A stretch of 64,000 bases of DNA from Lama guanicoe (lineage: Eukaryota), in NCBI GenBank assembly GCA_013239625.1, contig MU053482.1, positions 1,773,168 through 1,837,167 on the forward strand, given 5' to 3'. A program made the translations under genes and the position numbers. This document shows positions 48,401 through 61,770 of this stretch, one piece after another. Positions within the stretch are counted from its first letter, which is position 1; every line of letters starts with the position of its first letter. The notes beneath the pieces were generated by a model. It made no database searches. It was not told the DNA's origin and worked only from the letters and a program-made list of their open reading frames with translations.

Positions 48401-51400
48401 CCCTCAGCAGCTCAGTCTTTCCCTTTGCATCTGTGGCCTGGGCACCCCTCCTCCCTGGCACAGACCTAGCTCCGCCTCCAACTCTCCACCTGAGGGTCCT
48501 CTTGACTTAAAGATGCAACCATTCCTCCCTCTGGGCCTAGTCTGAGCCTCTGGGGGCCAGTGGGAGGAAAAAGCCCCTGAAGTTTGCTACAGAAGAACCC
48601 CAGGTCCAAGCCTTTCTCTATCTGTAGCCTCCCCCAAGCCCCATCCCATCCTGGGCTGCTGGAGCCAGCCCCTAGGTCCTTTGGCAGGATGCTTCTTGGA
48701 GCTGCACAGCTGTGGGGACCAGCGGGGAAGTGTCTGGAAGCTGCTTTCCCCAGACAGCAACTCAGCTGCTCCCTGGGTATCCGCAAAGCCCGCGTCACCC
48801 ATCTAATGAAACAGGGCTCCCAAGGGGCCTGCAATCTCCAGAGGAGGAGGAGGGCACGGATTCTCAGACGAGTCTCAATTTCACAGCATCAGGGACGCGA
48901 GCACCAACGCGCTGAACCAGAAAACGAGAGTCTGGCAGGAGCTGCAGACACACCGTGAGCGCCAGGGGATCGGAGATTAGGGCCCTTCAAAATCAATTTT
49001 GAATTCAAACTTTTAAATGTGTTCTCCAGACACAAGGAGGGGACCCTCCAGGCAGGCTTGGCCTAGCCAGCTGCTGGGTCCTGCCTGCTTCTTGAAGCAG
49101 CCAGGGCCCACCTGCTAGCCACTGGGCAGGGTAAGGGAAGGGAGGGCAAGGGAGCTGCAGGGAGAGGAGACCCTTCAGCTCTTGCAGACCCAGCACTGCC
49201 TGTGAGTTGCCTGCCTGAGGTGCTTTCCTGGGGTTCCCACTGAGGTCTGGGAGGCTGCCCCCTCCTCCTTTGCTGACCTGGATGAGAACGGCTGAAGGCA
49301 AGGCCTGTGTGAGCCAGATCCCCATTCACCTCAACCTGGCTGTGGAGGCTCGTGGGGCCTCAGGGGATGAAGCCATTATGAACACAAGCTTTAGAGCCAG
49401 ACAGGCAGGGATTTGTATCCTAGACCAGCCAAGGGCTCCCAGGGAGAAGCTCTTGGTTCCAAAGCAAATTTCCCTTCTAGAAACCTGATGGGAGAAAGCC
49501 TGCTGCGAGTGTCTTGGAGTGCAGGCCCCCTGAAGTGAGGGTGGTCTGAAGCCCCCATCCCACCCTCAGTGCAAAGGGAGAGAAAGTGTCACCCTGCGTG
49601 TGAGGCAGCAGGGCGCCTGGCTGCTGGGAAGGCTGGTGTGGCCACAGGCTGCATTCTTCAAGGCCTGGCACCTGAAGCCAGGGAGCTGACAATCATGCTG
49701 TCTGTCACATGTCAGACTGCATGTGGCATCCTGAGTACCATCCTGGCCCGGCACTTGGAGGTGGACGGGGACACTCTGGGCAGTGGGCCTCAGCAGAGAG
49801 CTGAGCAGAACAGACTGCTCCAGTCAAATGCAGGAGGAGGCTGCAGGGCCTGAAGGAGGGCCTTGGGATGCTCTGGGGAGAGGATGCCCCTGATAGACCT
49901 GGCTACGGGCCCCCTGCTCCTGCCTGGGTCCCTGCTCTGCCACATTCGTTCTTCTGATGGTACGATCAGCCCACCGCTGATGCCTTCCCATCTCTGGGTG
50001 GGGAAGCTGGTCCATGACAAGCCTGTCTGACCTCAATGACTCATAGCCACTGCCTGCCAGTTCCCTAAACCTGAGGCTAAGCCCCAGCTGTAAGCCACAC
50101 TCCCGAGACAAAAACACAAGCTTCTGGGAACCATTCCTCTGCTAAGAGGCACCAGGAGGGGAGCCAAAGTCTTGGGCCCGCAGAGACCTCAAGGCGGCCC
50201 CTTCTGGAAAGAAGAGCCTGGGGAAAGGCTGGGGTCACCAGAGCACTTCTGGGCGAGGAGACAGGGACACCTCAACCCCTCCCACCACCCGGCTTGGGAG
50301 TGGGCTGCCGGCTCTGCAAGGAAATTACAACATGGGCCTGGGTAATGCTCCTTTTAGTTACAGCATAAACTGCGGCAATAAAGCGTACCTGGGGAATGTT
50401 TAGAGAAAGCACTAATGATTTCTTCCCCAGTGGTTAATAAATTCACTTCCAGATCAATTTGTTCACGATAGAGCCCAGCGAGCGGAACCCGCGCGGCGGG
50501 CACAGCCGACTGTGTCTTTTTCAGTATAAATGATTTATTACGATGATTAGCGGCACATAAACAATTTAAAATACAACGCTAATTAGTTTGGGGAAGAAAG
50601 GAGGGGAAAAGCCACCCTGCCTCTCTCCCCATTATGTTCTACTTCCCTAAGTGTGTACTTTTTAATTAAATCCAAATGTCACAATAAATTTAAAGTGTTT
50701 TATTACCATTCGGCTAACTAAGGCAGTCACGCAAGCCCTCCTCTCAGGCATCGATGGGCTGGGCTGGGGGTAAGGACTGGGGGTACCGGCAGGGCCTTTC
50801 TACAAACTCTCCTGGAGACAGGTTATTGTGAGACCCCTGGAAATTCCTCCTGGTTTCTGGCAGCCCCAGGCTGGAGAACACTGGGACTGCCCACTTTCTC
50901 TCACCTTCCTGGCCAGCCCAAGGAATGTCTCCTCCTTAACACTGTCTCTGACCAATGCAGAATCCAGCCACTTCTCAATGATCCCATAGCACTCGGCTCC
51001 CTCTTCAAGTCCTCCTCAAGTGTGCTATAATCTAACACCTTCTGTGTGCCTGGCATCGTGCTTGGCATTTCCTACACAACATCTTGCCACATTCTCCTTC
51101 CAGTGCTATGAGGAGTAATTACTGTTTCAATTTTGTGGATGGGGAAATTGAGGCTCAGAGAGGTGGAGCAACTGATCCAAAGTCACACAGCTAAAAAGCA
51201 GATTTTTATAAAGTCCTGATTCCTAGAGCACCGTTCTGCTGCAGAGCCCATGTCTTGCCAGGTCTGGGCCCTGACTTTCCAGCACCCAGGGTGGGGAATA
51301 GGACACAGCGGCTGCTCAGATAGACCTCTCCTTTGATAATGCCCTGCTTTGCCCAGAGACACAGGTGAGGCAGGAGTTCAGACCAGGGACCTGGACTCTG

Positions 51401-51809
51401 ATGAGTCTGGGTTCAAGTTCAAGTTCTGCCATTGACCCACAATGTAAACTCAGTCAAGCCCTTTGGCCTCTCTGAGCTTCAGCATCCCCATCAGCAAAAC
51501 TGGAGTAATAATACCCAATTCTCAGGGCATGAGAACCAAAGCAACTAAGGTGAGCAGAGTGTTTTGCAAGCCTTGACATGCTATGTAAGGACTAATTACT
51601 AACAAAAGCCCTTGAGGTGAGCAGGGATCCCTAAGAATCCCATTTCACTGATAAGAAAACTGAAGCCAGCAGGGGAAAAGTTCTACTGAATCTTAGGAAC
51701 CCAGGGGAACCAGACTTCAGGCAATCTTCTTTCCCGAAGCTCAGACAACCAAGGGTGGTTTCTCTCCTAAACACTCTTACACTGTTTATTCAAAGCTAAA
51801 AACAAATAT

Positions 51810-52370
51810 CCCTAAACATAGAGTTACCGTATGACTCAGCAATTCCACTCCTAAATATATACCCAAGAAAAATGAAAACATATGTCCACACAAAAACTTG
51901 AATACGAATGTTCCTAGCAGCATGATTCATAATAGCTAAAAAGTAGAAACCATCCAAATGCCCATCAGCTGATGAATGAATAAATAAAATATGGTATATA
52001 TATACATCATGGAATATTATTCAGCAATGAAAAGAAATGAAGTATTGTGATACACTACGATATGGATGAATCCTGAAAACATTATGCTAAGAAAGACCAC
52101 ATCCTGTATGATTCCATTTATATGAAATATCCAGAATAGGCCAATCCGTAGAAACAGAAAGTAAATTAGTAGTTGCCAAGGAGAAGAGAGATGGGGAGTG
52201 ACTGCTAATGGAGTTTCTTTTTAGGGTGATGAAAATGTTCTTGAACCTGATAATGGTGATGGTTGAACAACTCTGTAAATATACTAAAAGCTACTGAATT
52301 GCACATTTTAAAAAGGTTAATTTTGTGGCATGCAAATTAATTCTTGATAAAACTGTTATAAGGCAAAAGA
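51810..52370 (+). mobile_element. L1MB-like 3' end
   Basis: gagttaccgtatgactcagcaattccactcctaaatatatacccaagaaaaatgaaaacatatgtccacacaaaaacttg..., followed by an A-rich tail. Confidence 0.85.
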
Positions 52371-54770
52371 AAACAAGCACCAACAAAACAAATATTCCTT
52401 TGAGAAGAGGAGAAACCAGTTCATAAAAATGAAGTCCTGGGGTCAGGGAAGGGTGCCTGGGAGGCCCAGCAGCCAGCCCTCTGAGAGGCCATGCCCTCCC
52501 TGGTCACCCCATCTCACGTCAGCTGCTCTGTAGGGAAGGGCTCCAGTGCACCCCCGTGCCCCCTCCCCAGGCCTTCCCATCCAGATATCAGACTGTGCCT
52601 GCTCTTCTAGCCCTGCTCCCCAGGCAACCCAGACCCTATTGGATCCATCACTCTGACCCATTTGTTTCCACCACCGCATTCGTGTTTTGTCTTTCTAGAT
52701 CTCTCTGTGTTGAAATTTCTGCATCCTCTGAGGCCTACGCCCTACCTGCAAACTGGGCATACTTATGCGGTGAGGGGGTGGGGTGGGTCTTTTTTTCAGA
52801 CCTTGAGCTTGTCCTACATTGGGTACCACAAGTTATGTGCACAACAGATAGGATCACAGTGAGGTCCTCCAGGCTCCCAGCCAAGGTTCAGTAAGAAATG
52901 CTGCCCCTTCCCCAGGCCTGAGAGCCCTGCCCCAGACAGGGGGTGCAAGCTCAGATCCAGGCCAGAGGCCAGGGAGGAAGGCACCAAGCCTGCCTTTGGG
53001 TCAAATAAAAACCCAACGCTGGAGGGAGGGAACACAGTGCCAGGCTAGGGTAGCATTCTCTGTGGCTAATCTGAGAGGGTAATTCAAGGAGACGAAGCAT
53101 ACTGGCTGGCAGGAGGAGCTAGGACCAGGCCGTGGCAGGGTGCACCCAGCTGCCCCTGAGTCTGGGGGGATGACCAAGGTTAGACTGAAGATCACTAATG
53201 GCACCTCAGGCCTCATCTCAGCCAACAGACCAGCCTTTAAGCCTTCCCCATGTGGGAATTGCTCCACAAAGGGGACAGGAAAGCTCTGGTCACTTCAGGA
53301 GGGTATCAGGGCTTGGGGCAAATACCCCTTTTCCAGGAGTGAGGCTGGCTGCACGCATGAGTCTCCACGGCTTCATCATGGGATACTGTCCCAGAAAGCT
53401 GCCCCCTCAAGTTAACTATCCCCTAGTCTCTCCACACTCTCTTCCAAGGTCTTGTGGGGCCTGGGGCTTAAAGAACCTCTCAAGGGTAGGGGATGCCAGG
53501 AGGAGGGGTGGCAGGTACCCTTTACTTTATATGGTCACTGTGTTCTCACCAACAATTCCTCAGGAGGGCACAGTGCTGCTCACCTGGCAAAGCACCTAAA
53601 TACATTTTCTCCCATGTGAGTTCTGTACAGGGGACAGGGAGGATGCCCTGGGACCTAATTTATGTATGAGGAAACTGAGGCTCAGAGAGGCTTAGTGGCT
53701 TACCCAGGGTCACACAGCAATGTGTGGCAGAGCAAGACTTTCCTGAGATCTCACTGTCAGAGGATGCAAAGGAGGACTGGAATTCAGGGTCCATGCTTAT
53801 TCCCTTCCCTCAGGCTCCCTTGCCACCCTGCAAGCCAAAAGAAAGCCACCTCTGCAGGAAGTTGTCACACCCTCCTGCAATTCTTTGAAAGAGTTATAAA
53901 GAATTCAGATCTGCATATGTCTGGGCTGATGCTATGGGGTTAGTCTCCTCTGAGGGGAGAGAATCCAAAGCCTTCACCCTGGAAGGGAAGGTTGAGCACA
54001 GGGGAATGTGGGCCACAGAGGGGAGAGTGGAGGGGGCTGGCTGGCTCTCTAGGCCCTGGGCAGCCACGCAGGAGTTGTGCCAGGTCAGGAGGGACAGCTC
54101 ATGCGGAGGCAATACCTTAGACTCAGTTCCCCATGGAAGTGCTCTCAAACACAAGTCTGCTCTTCTCCGGCCAGTCCTACTCATATATAATCAGGGGATG
54201 GACTGTATTAGGTGCAGGTAAGGGTAGCAGATGTAGCTCTTTCCCAGAATCAGGAGCTTTTGTGGAAGCCAGTCTGAGAGAGATAACTGGCCCAGGGTTG
54301 GGAGGACCACGAAACACTTGACAGACAGATCACGTGGGATCACAGGAGTTTGGAAGTGGGTAGCGAGGCCAGGCTGGACTTGCTGCTTCCCCACTCTGGT
54401 GTGTTCCTTCCTGCCTCAGGCCCACGGGCTCGGGCTCACTTCTTTGCAGCCTGAAAAGTCAGGATCCTGGTCCCCTCATGGGGCAGCCACAGAAAAGGAA
54501 GTGGGAAACCTCAGGCCAGAGCTGGGCAAGGCCAGCAGCGGACTCTGGGACAAAGGTGGGGAGAGGCAGGCTTGCAGCCAGGGTCTCCGGTCTGCCTTCC
54601 CTGGGGCTCAGCTCTAGAAGCTCAGGCCCTGAGATGGGTAGCTGAGGCGCTCTACCCAGGATCTCTACCACCAGGACCTCGGATAAGCCCCCCTTCCCAA
54701 GGCCACAGCTCTAGCCATGCCCTCCACCATTTCCTTCCCAGACTTCCACTGCCTCCTCTCTGACCATCTG

Positions 54771-55424
54771 TGAGACAGGAGGGAAGGGGCCAGGGCACAA
54801 CCGTTAAAGGAATGACACAGCAGTTAGCACCAAGATGGCAGAAGATTCAACTCTCAGCAGATCTTGAGGCCCAAGGTGGCAGGAGACTGACTTCCAGTAG
54901 ACCTGGAGCTTCATTCTATGCTCATTGTAATACATCAGCATGGTAAATGGCACTCCCACAGGTGCCATGATAGTTCTGAGGCTAACGTGAAAAGTCAAAA
55001 AGTGGGCAGTGGCCCAATTCCTGGGAATCCCAGCCCCTCCCCAAAGTAGTTAGAATAATCCTCCCACTTGTTAGCATATGAAGTAACCAGGCCCGTAACA
55101 ACTAGCAGCCCGCACCTCACGGCCTCTCACTCCTTCACCTTCTGAGATGGCCCGCACTCTGTCTATGGAGCATGTATCTAGTTTTACTTTAACCACCACC
55201 TCCCGTCTCCCACACCTCGTGGCCTCTCCGGCCTTCTGGGATGGCCCACATTCAGTCTATAAAGTGTGAATAAATCTCTGAAAAAATCTACTTTTACTCA
55301 ACTATGGTTCACTCTTGAATTCTTTCCTGTGAAGCCAAGGACTCTCACCTGATGGGGCGGGTCCCAGGTGCTCGCCTGGGAACTGGGACATGGCCATCCT
55401 CTGGTGCCCCATTTTCCTGTATCA
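54771..55424 (+). mobile_element. ERV1-class solo LTR (MER41-like)
   Basis: TG...CA termini, perfect 4-bp TSD TCTG (54767-54770, 55425-55428), internal AATAAA and cttgaattctttcctg in U5. Confidence 0.8.
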
Positions 55425-55656
55425 TCTGAACCCCTCTTCTGCACACTCCCTCCCTTCCCCTCCAACAGGCCCAGACTGCAAGCTTGAAACGAAGGAAACG
55501 TCAGGAAGGCAGGAAGCAGCAGGGGGCAGTCTGAGGCTGGAGGGGGTAGGGAGTGGTCACCCTATAAAGCTCAAAAGGAAGAACCCTTCCCCTCTACATC
55601 ATGGCTGTTTTTTCTGCCCCTTGTTTTATCCCCACCAGTTATTCTCCACAGACTAG

Positions 55657-56380
55657 ATGTATAATAATACATTTTGTCTTTGTCCCAGGTTCCTGGCACA
55701 GAGCTCCTAAAACCCTGGGAATTTCCTAAGGAGTCCCCTTTGAGCACCTCTAAGTTTCTGCTAATGAGGCAACTTAGGGTGGAGCCCCTAGATGGCCTCC
55801 GGATGGGGCTGGTCACCAGAAAGACCGAGGGCTTAGAGGGTTAGAACTTTCTGCCCCACTCACTCACCTCCAGAAAAGGCAGGAAGGTGGCTGGAGATTA
55901 AGCTCTATACAAAGTCTTGAAGAAGATTTGATGAGCTCTGGGTTGTTGAGCATATTCACGTACTGGGAGGGTGGCGCACCTCAGTTTGATAGGGACAGAC
56001 GCTCTTGTGCTCGGGACTCTTCCAGACCTCACCCTACACCTCTACACCTACCTGTTCATCTGTATCCTTTATCACATTCTTGTAGTAAACAGGCAAATGT
56101 AAGTAAACATGTCCCTGAGCTTTAGGAGGCATTCTAGCAAATTATCTCACCCGAGGCGGGGGTGGCGGGAGCCCACTCTACAGCACGTTGGTCAGAAGCA
56201 CAGGTGACAACCTGGACCTGTGATTGGTGTCTGAAGTAGAGGCAGTGTTTGGGACAGAGCTCTTAACCTGTGGGATCTTATGCTATCTCCGGGTACAGTG
56301 TTAGAATTGAGTCAAGTTTGTAGGATACCCAGTAGGGACTGCTGAGAACTGGAGAATTGCTTGGTGGTGCTGGAAAACAT
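55657..56380 (+). mobile_element. MER21-like ERVL LTR
   Basis: tttgtcccaggttcctggcacagagctcctaaaaccc...ggggctggtcaccagaaagacc...ctgggagggtggcgcacc. Confidence 0.75.
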
Positions 56381-58669
56381 TCCAGGGTAGTCCAAATGAT
56401 CTAACTAAAATGGAAATCTGTCCACTCTCTGGGATAAAAGAATTCTTATGATTCTCTCTTCTCCCTTCCCGACCTCCTTCGCCTGTTAACTCATTTGTTC
56501 ACAGGTCATTCCACAAATACTTACTAAACATCTACTACTAGGGGCTAGCCCCTAACACCGATATGTTGATAAAAAATTATATCAACATTGGTGATTTTTC
56601 ATCAAGAAAGTAATTCTTAAGAAGCTTCATTAAGTCAGTTTGATTCCTTGATCAATTTTCTATTCACTAGTGATAAACTATTTCCTCTCCTTTCTCCATT
56701 TTTACTTAACTGGAATGATTTTTCATTAGGATCAGTTATTTTTAAATTTTTAAGTGACTATTCTGTTAATGATCAGTTTTGGGCTCAAATCAAATCTTAC
56801 AAGTTAGAGCTTTTGTTGCTCTTGAGATTTCTTTTGTAGTAACTGTTTCTACCAGAAAAGATTTCCTGAGCCAACTTCAGGGGATCTAAATTTTATCGGG
56901 AAGATTTTATTCCTCTGTCAATTTTTAGTCAATAACATATTTTGCCAGGTGCGGCCTTTGCTGTTGCCAGTTTTGCTTTGTGTTAATTATTTCAACCAAT
57001 GTAAATTTTTTTCTGGCTCATTTTTTTCTTTACATTTTCGATAATACTAATGAGATGTTATTCTCGTGTAGAAGGCATATTTTAGTACTGATATGATAAA
57101 GCATTCTGAGGACCAAAGAGCAGTGTGAAAACATCCTAGGAGCAAAAAGGCAGGTCAAAACATCATGCTCTGCACTTGGGCTAAGTACCAGGTCAGGACC
57201 TGGCGCCCGAGGTAGTCCTGCTCACTGTCCTCTACTCCCCTGGAGCCCCAGCCCCTCCCAAGATGCCTCGCAGCTGCCTGCAAGAGACAGCCTCTGATTG
57301 ACAGAAAAAGAGACAGGGTTCAGCCCTGACATCCCACCCCAGGTTGGATGTAGCCTCTGTTGGGCCCCAGACTTCCCTACTCAGAAAGTATCTCAGACAC
57401 TTTGCTAAGAGAGGAAGTAGATGCTTCTTGGAACTTAGTCCTGCCCCACCCCGAATAAAAGAAGGTAATTGACCAGGGTCCTCTCAGATCTGAGGCTGTG
57501 ACTTTTGCCCACCGGCCTCCAGGCTTTGGGCCTGCTACAGGCGTCCCCTCTGCCTCTGAGTTGCTTTGGGAATAGCCAGGGATGGGAGCATCCGCCTGGA
57601 CTCAAATATGGCCAGACCAAGTGTGGAGGGCCAAGGGCCACAGATGCTCTCACCTGGGACCTCCACTTCTGATCCCAGGAGCCCAAAGAAAGACAAAGAA
57701 ACATCAACAGGGTGGTTTCTTTCTCCTGGCCTTGGCCTCACCCCACCCCATTCCCCACCAACGGTCATGTCCCCATGGACAGTACCACTAGGCATCAAAT
57801 GGCCAGTGACCGGTGAAGCATAAATGGGAAAATGTAAACCCAGAGAGGGGAAGAGGTCTGCTCAGGGACATACTGTGAGCTAGTGGCAGGGTCAGGCTGA
57901 GGATGCAGGAGTTCTGGATCCCGGTGCTGTGCTCCAGCCCATAGGAGAGCCTCCTTCAGCCCTGTTCCCAGGTAAGGAGCTGCTGAAGTGGCCTCTGCCC
58001 ACATTGCCTCTGAGACAGTGGCCCCACCTGGCCTGGCAACAGCTGGTGATGGGTGGAGGTCCTCAGTCCAACAGCTGTGGGGAGGCTGGATCAGGAAGAA
58101 ACCATTCTCACCTCCACCGAGGTTATGGTCACCACGGAGTGACAGGAGAGGTCCTGAGGTAATGGGTGGCTGCTTTGCAAGTTCCCAGTAGCCTTGGCAA
58201 ATCTACCATCTACAAAAAAAGACATCCAGCCATCCCACCTCCAGCTCTGTTCCCTGTGTCTGTTTACAGTTAGTGCCATCCCCTCTCAGCACCAGGGCCT
58301 AGGAGGGCCTGCCTGGGAGTGTCTTTATCACCACTTCCTCCTCAGGCTCATGGCAGGCAAAGGCCTGGTTCTCATCTGAACTCTGTCACATACCAAATAG
58401 CTGGGCTATCCCACACAAGTGTCTTTCCCTCTCTGAGCATAACCTACTCCTCTGCAAAATGGGGCTAGTGTTTGATCTCCAGCTTCCCAAGGGTACTGTG
58501 AAGATAAAATAAAAGGCTTTGAGACATCTGTGGCTTCCCTGGTGTGAGGTGATGCAGGAAGCAGAGGCACTGGGCCTCTCGGGGATGGAGGTGATTCATT
58601 CTCTCTGGGGGCAGCTAAACTATTGGACACCTGGGGCCTGAGATGCTGTTCTAGAGGCTGACCTCTCAC

Positions 58670-59231
58670 AGTAGGCTGGTTCTTATGATGCGGCCCAACA
58701 GTCCTCTGTCTCCTGGTGTTCACACCCTGTGTAATCCTCTCCACTTCCCTGAGTATGAGCTGGACCTACAGACTTGTTTGCAAGTAAGAAAATACAGCAA
58801 AAGTGATGGAGTGTCACATCTGTGGTTAGATGTGCCACATCTTTTAAAAGACTTCCTGCTTGCTGGCAGACACTCTTGACAGCTTTAAGGAAGCAAGCTG
58901 CCTTACTGGAGAAGCCCACATGGCATGGAACTGACGGCAGCCTCTGTTTAGCCTTCAGTGAGGAAAAGAGACCCTCAGTCCAGCAGGACTGAATCCCTCC
59001 AACAACCACATGAGTGAGCTTGGAAGCCCATTCCCCCAAATGAATCTTGAGATAAGACCACAGCTCTGGCCAGTGCCTTGATTATCATCTGTGAGAAACC
59101 CTGAGCAGAGGACCCAGCTAAGCCATACCAGCACTCCTGACCCACAGATACTATGAGATTTAAAAATGGGTATTGTTTTAAGCTGCTAAATTGTGAAATA
59201 ATTTGTTAAGCAGCAAGAGAGAACTAATACA
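58670..59231 (+). mobile_element. MLT1E/F-type MaLR LTR
   Basis: ctcctggtgttcacaccctgtgtaatcc...accacatgagtgagcttggaagc...gcagaggacccagctaagcc...aactaataca. Confidence 0.8.
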
Positions 59232-61254
59232 CCACCACACTGATGTATCCACACAAGACAGGAGGGACCTTTACTCTGACCAGAGATCTCTGCCCCACCA
59301 CCCCTGTTGTCCCAAGCTTCCTTCTGGAGTCCTATTCTTGCTACGTGATGTTGTAAGGAGAGGTCAGAGGACAGAGACCACCCTCTAGCTTTTCCCAGCC
59401 ATGCCCCCTGCTCTCCGCTGGGCAGGCCAGGAAAGTGGACGGAGCTGACCCACCTCCTTCTGGCATCATTGCCCTGGGTCCTCTCCGAAGAACAGTCCTC
59501 CCAGAACTCTTTGACCCCCAGGCATATCTGGAGCAGAACAAACGTTCCAAAGCACACCCACAACCACTTTCTCCCCTGCTCCTCCCCAAACCCTAGGAAG
59601 GATAGGGAAACCACACCAATCATCTCCCAAGACCACTGACAACAGCTGTGCTGGGTGAAGGCTCAACAGACCTAAAAGGTGGTCATTCTACCAGTTAGAA
59701 GTACTATTCAGTAGTTACTGAACCATTACTGAACAGTACTTTGTACTATTCAGTTAAAATTCTTATTACTGTCAAGAATTACTAAGTGGCAGAGATGAGA
59801 CTTGAACCCAGTCAGTCTGACTCAAAGCCCATGCTAGTTCCACTTGTTTTATAAATGGGAAAAACTGAAAAACAGAGTTCAAGCATTCACGATGGTACCC
59901 ATAGGCAGCCCCCAAACCCCCACAATCCTTCCTGGACAGTCTGTCACCAAGGGATCAGGAACTGGAGCTTTTAAACATTCAGGGGAGAGGAGAGACAGGA
60001 TGGATCAGGTGCTGGTGGGGGCCAGAGGGGCCCAGATCAGAGCTGCTCCCACTCATCTGAGAAGAACCAGCCTCCCTCCCTTTCTCTGTGAAGTCATCAT
60101 GCCAAACGGCAAAGTTGAATTATTAAAACTCCCTTCTGGGGTACCACACAGATTTTTCTCCACTGAGACTCAGAGCAGAGGGGCGGCCACTCCCGCCACA
60201 CAATATTAAAATGTCAGGAGTTTAAGGCCTGCGCTGGTTGAGTCATAAGTTATCAGCACCCAGTGAGGGCCGACAGAATGCCTCCCTTAAATTATTAAGC
60301 AGAAAGCGTCAGACTGTAATATTTTGCTAAACCAAAGTACAGACACAGACAAAGATGTCATTTCAATATTTGAAACCAGCAAGTTTAATTTAAAATAAGA
60401 GCAAACCAATAAGCTCAGAACATAGCAGCGTATGAGAGGAAAATTATACTGTGAGAGGAAAAAAAGTGGAAGGACTTAAGAAATTTATAAAAGTAATCTC
60501 CAAGTGGAAATTAGAAATCAAGGCCTAGAAACAGAATAACACAAAAGAAATATTACTGTCCACTTTCTAAATCAATATAACACTGCTCCACGCTGGAATT
60601 ACCATGGTAACTCAAGTAAAAAGAATCAAGCAATTCTTATTATTTCAAAATAAAATCACAGCCTGAAGCCTGGGTTTTATTACAACCACTGATAGATCGC
60701 TGGCTTGTATTTATCTGAAATATTGCTTTTCAATCAGCTGGTTTATGAATGTACACGGGCCTCTCACCAGCCCACTTCCCACCCTGTTTTGAGGCAAGGG
60801 GCTAACCAATGAATTGATTCCTGCCTGGCTGCATCTGCATGTGTGCCCAGGTTTCAGCCAGCTCCAGGAACCACGGAGCATCACGCCCTTCCAACAGTTC
60901 GGATGCTTTGCAGGACAGAGGAAAAGCCAGAGAAGGCAGTGGGGGCTGACCTCACTGCGGTCCCCCTCTGGGCTTGCTCATGGAGGAACGGGCCAGGGTT
61001 CCTCCAACGGCAGCCCCTGACAAACTGCCCAAACAGCAAGCCTCCTTCTCCATCCCCTACCCAGTCATCCTCTAGCTGGCTCCACCCTTCTCCCCTATCC
61101 CTGAGTCTGCCAGCCACAACAGGCAGCTGGCAGAGCACAGGGAAGGAGAGCAGTCAGACAGCCTGGGTTCACAGCCCAGCTCTGGACTGGTGAGCTGTGA
61201 GACCTGCCCGTGGCCTTACATCTCTACCCCTCCCCTTATCCATGCCCTTCGCCA

Positions 61255-61590
61255 TGTGACTTTTCACCACCATCCCCCTTTCAAGGGTAGAATCTGTTTG
61301 CCCACCCCTTGAACTTGGGCTGGCTGTGTGATTTATTTTGGCCGACAGAACGTGGCAGAAGTGACAACATCCCAGAGCCAAACCTAGGCCTCAAGAAGCT
61401 TTGTGTGCATACAGTCTCTCTCCTGGACCTGTCTCCACCCTGAGAAGAAGCCAGAAGAGCCTACTGGATGATGAGGGACATGGTAATGTCACCCTCAGCA
61501 TCCAGTTGATCAGCCATCTGCCAGGCATGAGTGCATCCAGCCGAGACCTGAAAAATCACTTAGCCAAGTCCAGCCTACACTACTGACAGA
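61255..61590 (+). mobile_element. MLT1 LTR fragment
   Basis: ccccttgaacttgggctggctgtgtgatttattttggccgacagaacgtggcagaagtgac. Confidence 0.65.
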
Positions 61591-61594
61591 TTTG

Positions 61595-61770
61595 AAAACG
61601 ACTCTAATGACTGGTTCTCTGGGAAACAACCCCAATTTGTAGTTTTGGCCAATTTCCATGGTGTTAATACTTCCACCACGGCTGATGTCAAGCTACCGAT
61701 GTGCTGTCACTGAACTCAGAGTTGGGAAGAGATGTGCAAAATCAGCTCTTGCAAGCCAGGACAAGTTGAC
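61595..61770 (+). mobile_element. MER63-like hAT-Blackjack element
   Basis: atttgtag...gccaatttccatggtgttaatac...caagctacc...gtcactgaac...gagttgggaagagatg. Confidence 0.75.
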
